Shown here piece after piece: positions 26,353 to 36,724 of a DNA stretch of 64,000 nt; the stretch's first letter is position 1; each line of letters begins with the position of its first letter. The DNA lies in IMG/VR virus record IMGVR_UViG_3300042539_000280, positions 1-64,000 of that record. The stretch is one strand, 5' to 3'. Source of the stretch: a virus. A program made the position numbers and the translations under genes. The notes beneath the pieces were generated by a model, which made no database searches, was not told the DNA's origin, and was given only the letters and a program-made list of their open reading frames with translations.

Positions 26353-28059
26353 GGTGCTAAAGTTCTTTACCTTCTCGAAACGGATAGTTCTTTGGAATCT
26401 ATCGATCATTGTGTCCTTATGGGAAATGACAAAGATATTTGTTCCTTTATCACCCATTTCCCACATGATCTTGATAAACTCGTCCGTTCCTGCACCATCC
26501 ATTGCTCGGTCTAGGATTTCGTCAAACACTAGAATGTTGACGTTGACCGAGTTTTTCATCTTGGCAATCTGTCTCCATGTTAGAAGAATAGCCAAGTCAA
26601 TTCTTAGCTTCTCTCCTTCCGAGAAGTTGTGGTAAGAGAACTCGTCTCGGTATCTGGACTTGATGGATTCTTCGAAGGATTCGTTAATATTGAAGTTGAC
26701 AAAGAAACCCAGTTTTGCCAGGTATTTGTTGATGTGCTTGTTGATGATAGGAAGATATTGTTTAATAATCTTCGTCTTGATTCCACCATCTTTGAGTAGA
26801 GTAGTTGCGAGGTCGATGTATTGTCTATCATCTAAAAGGGTCTCCTTCTCCGTTTGTAGGGAGGAAATATCATGTTCCACTGTTTCGAGTTGTCGTTCTG
26901 ACTCTTGGGTGGTCTTATCTGACCCAGCGAAGGATTCAATCTGCTCAATAACTTGGCGCAGATTATTAGCAATATGGTTATAGGAAGACTTAGCAGATGA
27001 AAGACCCATTTTGAGTTCGTTGATCTTTGTGAGAACTTCATCAATCTTCTCAATCTCTGATAGAACTGTGTCTATCTGCTCGGAAACCTTATTTAGTCCA
27101 TCCTCAATTTCTGTAATCTTCTGAGTGTTAGTTGAAACCGCCTCACTCTTGAATGATTCTCCAATAGTTTGCCGGCAAGTAGGACAAGTATCATTCTCCT
27201 CAAAGAACGAATTATCTTTGCGTAAACGTTCAACGTTATTCTCCATCTTGGCCTTGAAACCAATGAGTTTGGAATGCTTTGACTTTAGAGGTGTAAGGTC
27301 TAGGTCTTCCTCCATTGCCTTTTCAAGCAACACCTTATGATTTGAAACACCAATGTCGGCCGATTTGAGGTCGAGTTCCAGATCATCTTTCTTGGTCTGT
27401 AATTCTTTTAACTTTTCTTCGCTGTTGGCCTTCAAGGACTTTAGTGTCTGTTCAATATAGGTCTTATTCTCTTCCTTGCTAGTCAACTGAATACGGTTCT
27501 TCTCAAGGCCTTCTCTATTCATTTGGAGGCGGTTCTTGACCACTGTAGACATGGCAGAGAAGATTTGAATATCAAGCAAGTCCTCGATGACCGCACGACG
27601 GTCACCTGGTGACAACTGCATGAAAGGCACAAACGAGGCCGATCCTAGAATGACCACCTGTGTAAAGGACTTATAGTTCATTCTTAGGATATGCTTTTCA
27701 AGGTATTCTTGATAGTCTTTGGCCGCAGCATCTTGATTGACCATATTACCTTCACAATAGATTTCGAAGATATTAGGTTTGGTACCACGGATAATTCTGT
27801 ACCGCTTGTTATTGGAACTAAACTCAATCTCAACCGCACAGTTCTTACCGTTGACCGAGTTTACCACATTACCTTTGTTCACCTTACGAAAAGGTTTACC
27901 GAACAAGGCAAAAGTCAATGCGTCGAGGAAGGTTGACTTCCCCGACCCATTGTGTCCCATAATAAGGGTATTCTTGTGTGTATCTAGTTCAATTTCTGTC
28001 CACTGATTACCTGCGGACAGAAAGTTCTTCCACTTGACATAATGAAAAGTTATCATCAA
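26335..28059 (-). CDS. gp46: Recombination endonuclease ATPase subunit (Rad50/SbcC-like)
   Basis: [18 protein letters not shown] zinc hook, [20 protein letters not shown]. Confidence 0.96.
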   Translation of the reverse strand: MMITFHYVKWKNFLSAGNQWTEIELDTHKNTLIMGHNGSGKSTFLDALTFALFGKPFRKVNKGNVVNSVNGKNCAVEIEFSSNNKRYRIIRGTKPNIFEIYCEGNMVNQDAAAKDYQEYLEKHILRMNYKSFTQVVILGSASFVPFMQLSPGDRRAVIEDLLDIQIFSAMSTVVKNRLQMNREGLEKNRIQLTSKEENKTYIEQTLKSLKANSEEKLKELQTKKDDLELDLKSADIGVSNHKVLLEKAMEEDLDLTPLKSKHSKLIGFKAKMENNVERLRKDNSFFEENDTCPTCRQTIGESFKSEAVSTNTQKITEIEDGLNKVSEQIDTVLSEIEKIDEVLTKINELKMGLSSAKSSYNHIANNLRQVIEQIESFAGSDKTTQESERQLETVEHDISSLQTEKETLLDDRQYIDLATTLLKDGGIKTKIIKQYLPIINKHINKYLAKLGFFVNFNINESFEESIKSRYRDEFSYHNFSEGEKLRIDLAILLTWRQIAKMKNSVNVNILVFDEILDRAMDGAGTDEFIKIMWEMGDKGTNIFVISHKDTMIDRFQRTIRFEKVKNFSTLTKES

Positions 28060-29843
28060 TAATCTCTTGTTGGTACCTTACCTTCTAGCAAATCCTTGAT
28101 TTCTTCACCAGACAAGGTCTCATACATTATAAGCCCTTCCGCTAAGGTGTCAAGGTCTTTTCTTTTCTCTGTGAGGATTTTCTTAGCAGTAATATATCCA
28201 TCCTCTACCAGATCAAGGATTTCACCATCAACAACCTTCTGTGTTGCTTCGGCAATCTTAGGTGTATGGAACATATCAGCATTAGGTGTTGAGTATGCCA
28301 TTCTACCTAGTTTCTTGGAGAATCCATACTCGGTAACCATAGCACGAGCCAACGAGGTTGCCTGCTGAATATCACCAGATGCACCAGAGGATACCTTGTC
28401 TTGACCAAAGATCATTTCCTCTGCTACACGACCACCCATTGCCATAGCAAGATTGGCGATCATTTCATCATAGTGCATGGAGATTTTATCACGCTCTGGT
28501 AGAGATTGAACCATACCCAATGCACGACCACGAGGAATGATTGTTGCCTTATGAATTGGAACAGAACCAGGCATGTTGAGTGACACTAGAGCATGTCCAG
28601 CCTCATGATAGGCAGTCATCTTCTTTTCTTCTTCTGTCATCATTAGGGTGCGACGTTCTGGTCCCATTAGGATCTTATCACGGGCATCCTCAAACTCAAG
28701 GTTTGTAACAATACGCTTTGAACGTCTTGCTGCTAGTAGTGCCGCCTCGTTTACAAGGTTGGCTAGATCAGCACCAGAGAACCCTGGTGTACCTTTTGCT
28801 ACTCGCTTTAGTTCAACGTCTGGACCGATTGGAACCTTACGGGTGTGAACCTTTAGAATTTTCTCACGACCCACAAAGTCTGGATTTGGAACAGTAATCT
28901 GTCTATCGAAACGTCCAGGGCGGAGTAAGGCCTTATCAAGGACATCAACACGATTGGTCGCAGCAATAATGATAATACCTTCATTGTCATTGAAACCATC
29001 CATTTCAACCAGCATAGCATTTAGTGTCTGGTCTCGTTCATCATTACCTGAAATACCATTTGCTCTTGAGCGACCAACGGCATCGATTTCGTCAATGAAG
29101 ATGATACATGGAGCGTTCTTCTTTGCCTGTTCAAACATATCACGGACACGGCTTGCACCGACACCCACGAACATTTCAACGAAGTCAGAACCAGAGATAG
29201 AGAAGAAGGGAACACCTGCCTCACCAGCAACGGCACGGGCAAGCAAAGTCTTACCAGTACCAGGAGGACCAACGAGCAATACGCCCTTTGGAATCTTACC
29301 ACCTAGGCGTTCGAACTTATGTGGGTCTTGTAGAAACTCTACAACTTCTTGTAGGTCTTCCTTAGCTTCATCAACACCAGCAACATCTTCAAAGGTCTTG
29401 CGGCCATGTTCTTCTGTTAGTAGTTTTGCTTTAGACTTACCTAAGCCCATAACACCACCGCCGGCGCCGCCTTGACGGCGTGATAGCATGAGCCATAGTC
29501 CAAAGAATAGTAATACAGGAAGAAGATTGATCAGTAGACCAATCCAAAAACCATTAGAACCTTCTTCTTTAACGGTGATGTTTACTTTGTGTGCTTCTAA
29601 TCTAGGAAGGAGATTACCGACACCAGTAACCGTAGTTGAAAACTGTCGATTATCCATAAAATGGCCGACAATATCTTGACCGATAATTGTTACATCATGG
29701 ACTCTACCTGCATCAACTTGTGCAACAAAGTCAGAGTAACCGATTTCGGATACTACCTTTTGTTTCGGGCCGTCTAGCATAACTGCCATCAACACGATAG
29801 TCATAAGCAGTAGCAAAACCCATGGTAAATGTTTTTTCATCAT
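28056..29843 (-). CDS. ftsH: ATP-dependent zinc metalloprotease FtsH, full length
   Basis: Two TM segments, [13 protein letters not shown] pore loop, IFIDEID, TNR...[24 protein letters not shown]. Confidence 0.97.
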   Translation of the reverse strand: MMKKHLPWVLLLLMTIVLMAVMLDGPKQKVVSEIGYSDFVAQVDAGRVHDVTIIGQDIVGHFMDNRQFSTTVTGVGNLLPRLEAHKVNITVKEEGSNGFWIGLLINLLPVLLFFGLWLMLSRRQGGAGGGVMGLGKSKAKLLTEEHGRKTFEDVAGVDEAKEDLQEVVEFLQDPHKFERLGGKIPKGVLLVGPPGTGKTLLARAVAGEAGVPFFSISGSDFVEMFVGVGASRVRDMFEQAKKNAPCIIFIDEIDAVGRSRANGISGNDERDQTLNAMLVEMDGFNDNEGIIIIAATNRVDVLDKALLRPGRFDRQITVPNPDFVGREKILKVHTRKVPIGPDVELKRVAKGTPGFSGADLANLVNEAALLAARRSKRIVTNLEFEDARDKILMGPERRTLMMTEEEKKMTAYHEAGHALVSLNMPGSVPIHKATIIPRGRALGMVQSLPERDKISMHYDEMIANLAMAMGGRVAEEMIFGQDKVSSGASGDIQQATSLARAMVTEYGFSKKLGRMAYSTPNADMFHTPKIAEATQKVVDGEILDLVEDGYITAKKILTEKRKDLDTLAEGLIMYETLSGEEIKDLLEGKVPTRDY

Positions 29844-29869
29844 ATCAAACCTCTAGTGTGTTATTAGAC

Positions 29870-29877
29870 TATTTATA
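29870..29877 (-). promoter_or_regulatory. T4-type late promoter upstream of ftsH
   Basis: Exact TATAAATA overlapping the gp47 stop codon. Confidence 0.65.
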
Positions 29878-30949
29878 CAGTCTCAACCTGTAAGGCCTCA
29901 TTGTATATGTCCATCATAAAGTGCTTCATTTTGCCGCTATCTAAGGGTAACGTTAGTGTATCGATATACTTACGAAGGATCGTAGGTGTATCTTCCGCTT
30001 CGTTTACTTCGTCCATTTCTTCATTCTCTAAAAGAACCGTCGGGTCCTCAACAATAGTAATATCAAGTGGTCCCACCTTATAGATGGAATCAAACAGTAG
30101 GTCAAAAGCATATGGATTCGATTTATTAACCACGACCAACTTAACATAAGCATCCTTATACTTAGAGAAATCAGTCTTTTGAATTTTGTCCACAATCTCT
30201 GGATTTGCAACGTCGTCATATTTGGCTATCCTAAACATTTTGTGTGGGTTTTGTATAAACTCTAAAACAGATGTTTCCGTGTCAAACACCGAAAAACCTC
30301 TGGGATCGTTATAATCATGCCAAGTATATTCCCCAAAAGCGCCAATGTAGGATACATTACCAAGAGTGCTACGGTGATGGTAATGACCTGAATATACCTT
30401 ATCAAACTTATCAAAGACGCTGCGATCCAATCCATGGTCTGCTATCAATCCTCTATGCATAGTAAATCCATTCAACTCAAGGTGACCCATGAGAACAGAT
30501 GCTTTTGGTTTTGTGATTGCTTCCATGGCCTCCTCACGGTTAGAATCCGTGATCCATGGCATTATTTGAATGGGGAATCCATCAACAGAAATAAGAGTAG
30601 GGACAGAATAAGTATGAATGTGATTATATCGTCCAACCACAAGTTCATCCAAGGCGTTAACCTCATGCGTGTCCTTGTAATAAGAGTCGTGATTGCCTTG
30701 AATAATGTGAGTCTCAATGCCTCTCTCCTCTAATGGTTGTAGGAAGTCCTCACGCAGCCGCTTTGACGACATGAAATTGACATACTTACGGCGATCATAG
30801 ATATCACCAAGATGGATAACGGTCTTGATATCATTTGTATCGATATAGTCAAAGAACCATTTCCAGCATTTCTTTTGATACAACTGAAATGCCGGGTTGT
30901 CATTTCTGACCCCGGCATGTGTATCGGTTACCATTGCAATCTTTGTCAT
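29873..30949 (-). CDS. gp47: Recombination nuclease subunit (Mre11/SbcD-like)
   Basis: TDTHAG, HLGDIYDRRK, GNHD, GHLEL, SGHYH. Confidence 0.96.
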   Translation of the reverse strand: MTKIAMVTDTHAGVRNDNPAFQLYQKKCWKWFFDYIDTNDIKTVIHLGDIYDRRKYVNFMSSKRLREDFLQPLEERGIETHIIQGNHDSYYKDTHEVNALDELVVGRYNHIHTYSVPTLISVDGFPIQIMPWITDSNREEAMEAITKPKASVLMGHLELNGFTMHRGLIADHGLDRSVFDKFDKVYSGHYHHRSTLGNVSYIGAFGEYTWHDYNDPRGFSVFDTETSVLEFIQNPHKMFRIAKYDDVANPEIVDKIQKTDFSKYKDAYVKLVVVNKSNPYAFDLLFDSIYKVGPLDITIVEDPTVLLENEEMDEVNEAEDTPTILRKYIDTLTLPLDSGKMKHFMMDIYNEALQVETV

Positions 30950-30953
30950 TACC

Positions 30954-31571
30954 TTACCTTATGTGAAAGAATGTGGAGAAACAAAATCTTCCATTGGAAT
31001 TATACCGGTCCATTTTATCATACATTTCGATTTTGTCAACCTTGTGATCTACCCAAGAAGGAAATAAAACACCCATATTACTTTTTACATTCACCTTATA
31101 GTTTAACTCAGGAAAGGACAAATCACCTCCAGAAAACCTTTTAGGTTCTTTAAACAACCAAAAAACATAGGTATAACAAGCAATATCTATGTGACTTTCA
31201 TAATAATCCTCATTCTCATAATAACTCAACAATGTAGAATCAAAATTAGTCATAAAAAAGAGTTTTAGATTTATATCATACTTAGTCAAGTCATCTTTTT
31301 GATTTGAGAGTTGATTCAAACCTTTTTTATACAAACTCATATAATTTGAGGAATTATTCGAATAGTATTCACTTATCCATAATCCTTTATTACTTTTTTT
31401 GGGAGTACCGTCATTTCTCATGTCGCTCCCTGTGCCGAAAGGATCTTGTAGTTTATTTTCATCACATAAAAAATCAACTTCTTTCCAAAGATATTTTTGT
31501 TCTTTATCATCAAAGATATCTTCTAATACAATGAAAGAGGCCTTATCACATTTGATATGTTTTATTTCCAC
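30954..31571 (-). CDS. 2OG-Fe(II) oxygenase (prolyl-hydroxylase-like), AT-rich
   Basis: HID, FSGGDL, LFPSWVDH, GRF. Confidence 0.85.
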   Translation of the reverse strand: MEIKHIKCDKASFIVLEDIFDDKEQKYLWKEVDFLCDENKLQDPFGTGSDMRNDGTPKKSNKGLWISEYYSNNSSNYMSLYKKGLNQLSNQKDDLTKYDINLKLFFMTNFDSTLLSYYENEDYYESHIDIACYTYVFWLFKEPKRFSGGDLSFPELNYKVNVKSNMGVLFPSWVDHKVDKIEMYDKMDRYNSNGRFCFSTFFHIR

Positions 31572-31634
31572 ATCATGTCTCTAAAGTCTAATAGCAAATT
31601 TTTGATCACCGTGTAGATCATAAACAGAACTTCA

Positions 31635-31817
31635 TCAATCTTCTTTGGTAATTTCAATGTATGTTTCCATTTCGGACTGACGCAACCAACCTAAATTGAC
31701 CATACGTTCCATTATTTTCTGTTTACTTTGCTTGTCGAGAGGAACAGGTTCAACAATACGGTCACAGAACCATTCTATATTCTGTTCAATCTCTTGCACG
31801 ATATCATCAACGTCCAT
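31635..31817 (-). CDS. Hypothetical protein
   Basis: Likely start MDVDD, overlapping the upstream gene. Confidence 0.55.
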   Translation of the reverse strand: MDVDDIVQEIEQNIEWFCDRIVEPVPLDKQSKQKIMERMVNLGWLRQSEMETYIEITKED

Positions 31818-32010
31818 TGGACTTACGGCGTGTAGGTGCCGTCCCCATTTCATTGTCATAGTCCAGTAATGCCTTATCGATGGCCTTACGGATACCTTCA
31901 AGTCTCATGCGATAGTTGCCACGAACATGGACACGTTCCTTCTTATCTTTCAAGGTGGTGATCAATGTCTGCACCTGAAACGGAACCTCAAACTGATTCT
32001 CTTCCTTCAT
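31807..32010 (-). CDS. Hypothetical protein downstream of gp55
   Basis: VPFQVQTLI...RGNYRMRLEGIR. Confidence 0.6.
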   Translation of the reverse strand: MKEENQFEVPFQVQTLITTLKDKKERVHVRGNYRMRLEGIRKAIDKALLDYDNEMGTAPTRRKSNGR

Positions 32011-32560
32011 CGTCATTCTCCACAAATTTCTCTAAACCTTCTTTTTTCTCTTTGCGTTTCTCTTTTTTGACCTGTTCTCTGGCCTCAAAGTTCCTGATAA
32101 AGTCATTCAGGTTATCATACATGGTTGAGGAAATCAAGTGATTATCATCACTATCAACCATCAATGCCGCATCAGAGGTATCTAGGACACTTTCCTGAAA
32201 CTTCTTATAGATTATATAGCGATTTTTCTCCTCTTTGGAGATACGTCTATGGAAGGCATAGTAGATGATCTGAGTAAAGTAGGCAAAAGGATTACTAGAC
32301 TTGGCGGGATCAAAGTTATCGAAGTATAGAAAGCAATTCTCAATAGCATCGGAAACCAATTCATCACGGAACGAATAGTTCATAAAACGAGGCTTATGTG
32401 ACAAGTTCTCGGCAATCAAGTAGATACACTTACCAATGTATTCGGAAATACGAGGTTTTTCTTTGCCCTGATCTAAGGCCTCTCTACATTGTCTCTTATA
32501 CTCAACAATCTCTTCCAAGAATTTTACGTTATCTACATAATGCTTTTTTGCTTTTGCCAT
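31988..32560 (-). CDS. gp55: Late-transcription sigma factor
   Basis: HYVDN, YIGKCIYLIAENLS, FDPAKSSNPFAYFTQI. Confidence 0.96.
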   Translation of the reverse strand: MAKAKKHYVDNVKFLEEIVEYKRQCREALDQGKEKPRISEYIGKCIYLIAENLSHKPRFMNYSFRDELVSDAIENCFLYFDNFDPAKSSNPFAYFTQIIYYAFHRRISKEEKNRYIIYKKFQESVLDTSDAALMVDSDDNHLISSTMYDNLNDFIRNFEAREQVKKEKRKEKKEGLEKFVENDDEGRESV

Positions 32561-32561
32561 A

Positions 32562-33308
32562 CTATTCCCCAAATCCAAACGGACACTTTTTATCGTTATC
32601 TTTTATCATATTTTTACATGCTCTCCATCCATGAAAATATACCAAAGATGGATTATATGACATTTTCTTATATTCCTCTTCCGTTATCAGATGGTTTTTT
32701 ACCACCAGTTTCTTTTCCGTCAGTGGTAAAAAATTTGTAAGAGGTTGATTTACTGGTATGATAAACTTATTTTGTTCTTTTGGCAACATAATATTTACAT
32801 TAGTGAAACTATTTACCCTAAATTCCATAACTCCGGGTAATACTCTGAAAGAAAATTTATCCAAATTCCATTCCGCACCTAAATTTATAAATTTTATTCC
32901 TGTTTTTTCTTTAAAAATCCAAGGACTAGACAATTTCATATGATGATAATCTTCAAACCCCTTTCCTATCTGTTGTCTATTATGTTCTATCGGTTTATCT
33001 CCTGTCGAACAATAATAGTTATATCCTTCTTCCGAAGTTTCAACAAAAAGGTCGGCCCAATGTCGGACACATATGGAGTTTTGAAAATATTCCAAAAAAC
33101 CATAACAATTTTTTAAATTCAATCTACTCTGGTTGGTCAGAATACCCTGATCATCTTTACCTAATGTAAATTCTTCATTGGGTAGTTCTTTCCACCAGTC
33201 AGGAATAGTCTTAGATGATTTAACAATAGGAGTGAATTGATATACATGAGGTTGTGTGGTGTAACAATCCAAATGAATTTTTGGTGTTCGATGAAAAAAA
33301 CTAAACAT
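32562..33308 (-). CDS. Hypothetical AT-rich protein
   Basis: IPDWWKELP, KLSSPW, LPGV; GC lower than flanks. Confidence 0.7.
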   Translation of the reverse strand: MFSFFHRTPKIHLDCYTTQPHVYQFTPIVKSSKTIPDWWKELPNEEFTLGKDDQGILTNQSRLNLKNCYGFLEYFQNSICVRHWADLFVETSEEGYNYYCSTGDKPIEHNRQQIGKGFEDYHHMKLSSPWIFKEKTGIKFINLGAEWNLDKFSFRVLPGVMEFRVNSFTNVNIMLPKEQNKFIIPVNQPLTNFLPLTEKKLVVKNHLITEEEYKKMSYNPSLVYFHGWRACKNMIKDNDKKCPFGFGE

Positions 33309-33334
33309 TTTATCACTTTCTTTCATTTTGGGGC

Positions 33335-33362
33335 TTGACAGGTTTTAGGAACTGTGTATAAT
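33335..33362 (+). promoter_or_regulatory. Sigma70-type promoter pointing against all genes
   Basis: TTGACA-N16-TATAAT on the + strand. Confidence 0.7.
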
Positions 33363-33440
33363 ATTCTCCGAATCCAACCAACCAATAACCAAACCAAAAC
33401 CGTCGAGCGAAGCGAGACAACATGCGTAAGCATGTCCTAC

Positions 33441-33698
33441 CTATACCTCGGTTAGAGACTTGAGTTTTGCTATCTGTTTCTTTAGTACCGGCTCACGATT
33501 GGGCCATTTGATAATAGGCTGTTCGGGGTTCTTTGCTAAGTTCTCCAACAAAGGAAGATAAATCTTCCGAATGGCCTGTAGTCTTTGCTTGAGGTCGTCT
33601 ACCTCGTCTGTAATCGGAGTTAGATCGGCTTCGTCGTCGAAAGTAAATCCGAAATCGTCTCCGCCATCTAAATCGAGATATTTATTCTTCTCTACCAT
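33441..33698 (-). CDS. Hypothetical protein
   Basis: DDFGFTF, PLLENLAKNPE..IKWPNR. Confidence 0.75.
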   Translation of the reverse strand: MVEKNKYLDLDGGDDFGFTFDDEADLTPITDEVDDLKQRLQAIRKIYLPLLENLAKNPEQPIIKWPNREPVLKKQIAKLKSLTEV

Positions 33699-34102
33699 TA
33701 GTGATAAACCTTCTTTTCGCTATTCTCTGCTAATTCATCCAAAACTTCTTTTATTCTATCTAAGTCTGTTCTGGATTCCGGTTCTTGTGGTTGTTCTTCG
33801 GAAACACCCGTTAGATGATCGATACTATTCCAATAGTATTCTTCCATATAGTCAGACACACTATGGGTTAGCATAACCTCAACCGCATCGATGACAAATT
33901 CCTGTGTATCACATAGTTTACTATACACCCAAGGCACAAAGGCTACTTGAAGGTAACCTGCGCCTCGGTTTGAAGTCATATATAATCCCTTGAGAGGATT
34001 CATTAGAACATAATACCTACCATTGTCATCTTCGTATTGATAACATTCCGATACAATATCATCACCGTTCTTTAGTCGCAGAAACATAACAACACCAGTC
34101 AT
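33698..34102 (-). CDS. Hypothetical protein (Sm-like, uvsW-adjacent)
   Basis: LRLKNGDDIV, NPL, VPW; coupled to neighbours. Confidence 0.7.
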   Translation of the reverse strand: MTGVVMFLRLKNGDDIVSECYQYEDDNGRYYVLMNPLKGLYMTSNRGAGYLQVAFVPWVYSKLCDTQEFVIDAVEVMLTHSVSDYMEEYYWNSIDHLTGVSEEQPQEPESRTDLDRIKEVLDELAENSEKKVYH

Positions 34103-34105
34103 GGT

Positions 34106-35593
34106 TTAACCTTTCATATCTATCTTATATATCTTGAACCGGAACCCTTCTTCACTGTAGACTTTTACCCTCTCCATAAAGTGCTTGAGGGTATAATTAT
34201 TTTTCTTTTTCCAACTAAAGTCGTCGGCAATGTCAAAGAGGGTGGCGGATTTCTTTGTGTCACTAATCCGAAGGCCTCTACCGATTGATTGTAGGTTACG
34301 AATCTTGGACTTGGAAGGAGATGCAAAGATGACGTTATCCAAGGCCACGATGTTAGTACCAGTGCTAAGAACACCAACGGACCCAACAAGAATAGCGTTC
34401 CGCTCGTGTTCCAGGATTTTTCTAATTTGTTCTCTATCTTCAACGTCGGTTCCTCCGTGGATAAAGAAAACCTTTCGGCCATCCTTTACCCGTTTGTTGA
34501 GCATGTCATATAGAACCTGACCATGCTTCTCAACATAGTTGAAAAACACAATCGTATTACCTTCCAATGACAATGCAAGGTTGCAAATAAATTTATTTCT
34601 TTCTTTGTTGGCGACAATATAATTGATCTCCGACTTATAGTCCGCAGATTTCATATATTGACATTCTTCCTCACTATACTTTAGCATAAGGCATTTGATA
34701 GTAAGGTCGGCCAGTTGCTTTCTCTCCATAAGTTCTTTGGAACTGATAACTTTATAGATATCACCAAAGAGACCAACGAGAGAAAAATCTACACCAGGAC
34801 CTTTTGGAAGGGTACCGGTTACACCAATACGATACTCCGCATTGACGCAGTTGGTGACGATATTAGACATCACCTTCATGTTCTGGGATTTCTCCACAGC
34901 ACCATGAACTTCATCGACTATAACATAGTCGAATCTCTTGAAATAATCTTTAGGTAAATTCTGCAAAGATTGCCAGGTGGAAATAATGAGTGGACAATCC
35001 ACATCTTTATCCTTGCCCGCATATACACGGTGACAATACTTGGACATATCCTTGCCATTCTTGGTAGAATAGTCCTGAAAGTCAGAATACATCTGTTCGA
35101 CAAGGGCAGCACGAGGAACAATTAGTAGTCCTCTCTTACCTTGTTTCATCAGATACATAAAGATCATATATTGCAATAAGGACTTACCCGAACCAGTAGG
35201 AGATATAACAATCTTCCTTTTAGAACGAATAGCATGGACGAAACCGTCCATCTGATAATCTCTGGGCGGATGCTTAGGATTTAGAGACTCAACAAATTCC
35301 TCAGCCTCGCTAAGTGAAAATGAATTGTCATAAAGTTGATCCGGATATTCTACTTCGTATCCTCTTTCCTCGGCCCATTCAACAACCTTATTAGCAAGAC
35401 CACGGTATATCTGTCTTGTGTTAGGATTGAAAGCACGGATGTATCCATCCCACAACTTTTGTTTGTAGGAAGGTACAAATTGGAATCCTTCTGGACGGAA
35501 AGCAAAGGCGTCACGGAGTTCCCATGCTACATCAACATCACAATCTACACGAATGTAGGAGTGGTTTGCATTAGAAATTTTCAACACTTTCAT
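34106..35593 (-). CDS. uvsW: RNA-DNA/DNA helicase UvsW
   Basis: WDGYIR, RDYQ, SPTGSGKS, DEVH, LQSIGRGLR. Confidence 0.96.
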   Translation of the reverse strand: MKVLKISNANHSYIRVDCDVDVAWELRDAFAFRPEGFQFVPSYKQKLWDGYIRAFNPNTRQIYRGLANKVVEWAEERGYEVEYPDQLYDNSFSLSEAEEFVESLNPKHPPRDYQMDGFVHAIRSKRKIVISPTGSGKSLLQYMIFMYLMKQGKRGLLIVPRAALVEQMYSDFQDYSTKNGKDMSKYCHRVYAGKDKDVDCPLIISTWQSLQNLPKDYFKRFDYVIVDEVHGAVEKSQNMKVMSNIVTNCVNAEYRIGVTGTLPKGPGVDFSLVGLFGDIYKVISSKELMERKQLADLTIKCLMLKYSEEECQYMKSADYKSEINYIVANKERNKFICNLALSLEGNTIVFFNYVEKHGQVLYDMLNKRVKDGRKVFFIHGGTDVEDREQIRKILEHERNAILVGSVGVLSTGTNIVALDNVIFASPSKSKIRNLQSIGRGLRISDTKKSATLFDIADDFSWKKKNNYTLKHFMERVKVYSEEGFRFKIYKIDMKG

Positions 35594-35608
35594 ACACCTA
35601 TTTAGGTC

Positions 35609-36070
35609 TTATCCCTGACCCTTAGTATATTGAAGATATTTGACGTAGTTGCCTAGGTCCCAGGTACGATTGTTTAGAGACTTTAGAACAGTCTCACAAT
35701 AGGATACAATCTCCTCGTGGGCACCTTTTTTGAGTAGGATTTTGGTGAGGTGAGGATCGGTGGAGAGTTTTTCTTCCTGTGCTGTCCTCATAGTGATAGC
35801 ATTACCCTGCCACTGTTCCCAACCATACTTATTCAAGGTCTCCAGATCGGCATGGCCTTGATAGTAATCACGGCGAATCTCTTTCATATCCTTGTAATCA
35901 TTATCTAGTTTACGGATGACATGACGATGGTAAGACATAATATTGAGGTATTTACCATGTAGATAGGAAATCTTTAGCAGTTCCTTCTCCATGGATGACG
36001 GATCGATATTAGTGTCCTTTGACCATTCGGACATAAGACTGTCAATAGTTACAGGCGGTTTCATAATCAC
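35609..36070 (-). CDS. uvsY: Recombination mediator UvsY
   Basis: WSKD, LHGKY, YYQG, LNNRTW; synteny gp3-uvsY-uvsW. Confidence 0.85.
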   Translation of the reverse strand: MIMKPPVTIDSLMSEWSKDTNIDPSSMEKELLKISYLHGKYLNIMSYHRHVIRKLDNDYKDMKEIRRDYYQGHADLETLNKYGWEQWQGNAITMRTAQEEKLSTDPHLTKILLKKGAHEEIVSYCETVLKSLNNRTWDLGNYVKYLQYTKGQG

Positions 36071-36108
36071 TCCATTTCCTAATCACATATTATACTATAA
36101 GATTGATA

Positions 36109-36639
36109 CTAAGTCAATCTCTCAATTTCATAATAATCGTAGCGGAAGGTAAAGTCGGCTACAGGAATGATATCCGCATCCACCTTAGTATCGAAGGAAA
36201 CCATACCGATTGAGGTAGGGTGACAGTTACGGAACTTGAAACGAATGTTAGGATTATTAGAGTTGGTATTTACAGTTAGAAACCCATCAAAGTATAGAGG
36301 TGCAGTAATAGGATTCTGGTGAGGTTTTCTAGCATAATCTTCCCAGTCAGTGATACGGGTAAGAGATTTCAACCATTTGTAAGACTCTTCCCAAATGCGG
36401 AGGTCTTCGTCAATGATGGCCGTGATAGTAAGAGCATCAAAGGTGAGTTTATCACCATGACGATATGTATTGACAAAAGGAGTTGGAACCGATACCTCTG
36501 TGGTAGAGATAGAGGGAATGTTTACGGTCTGACAAAAGTATTTCAAGAATGGTTTATCTGGAATCAAAAACGTAAATTTTGTAGACTGGAGAATAGAGGT
36601 ATTCTCCGGTGTATTGACGTTGAAATTTTCTATTGTCAT
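36109..36639 (-). CDS. gp3: Tail completion/tube terminator protein
   Basis: YFCQTVNIPSI, GDKLTF, IDEDL, FRNCHPTSI. Confidence 0.85.
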   Translation of the reverse strand: MTIENFNVNTPENTSILQSTKFTFLIPDKPFLKYFCQTVNIPSISTTEVSVPTPFVNTYRHGDKLTFDALTITAIIDEDLRIWEESYKWLKSLTRITDWEDYARKPHQNPITAPLYFDGFLTVNTNSNNPNIRFKFRNCHPTSIGMVSFDTKVDADIIPVADFTFRYDYYEIERLT

Positions 36640-36654
36640 GGTTCCTCCGTCTAT

Positions 36655-36661
36655 TATTTAG
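36655..36661 (-). promoter_or_regulatory. Late promoter (CTAAATA)
   Basis: The same (C/A)TAAATA motif recurs upstream of gp22 (39604), gp21 (40285), gp20 (46150), gp19 (46754), gp18 (48496), the NUMOD3 gene (50651), the fibre (53610), gp13 (56296) and uvsW (35599). Confidence 0.7.
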
Positions 36662-36665
36662 GCAT

Positions 36666-36693
36666 AAAAAAAGAGAGGCCCGAAGGCCTCTCT
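36666..36693 (-). terminator. Rho-independent terminator with cUUCGg tetraloop after gp23
   Basis: AGAGAGGCC-TTCG-GGCCTCTCT-TTTTTT. Confidence 0.92.
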
Positions 36694-36724
36694 CTGAGTT
36701 TGCTAACTCTAATCTTATAAGCGA

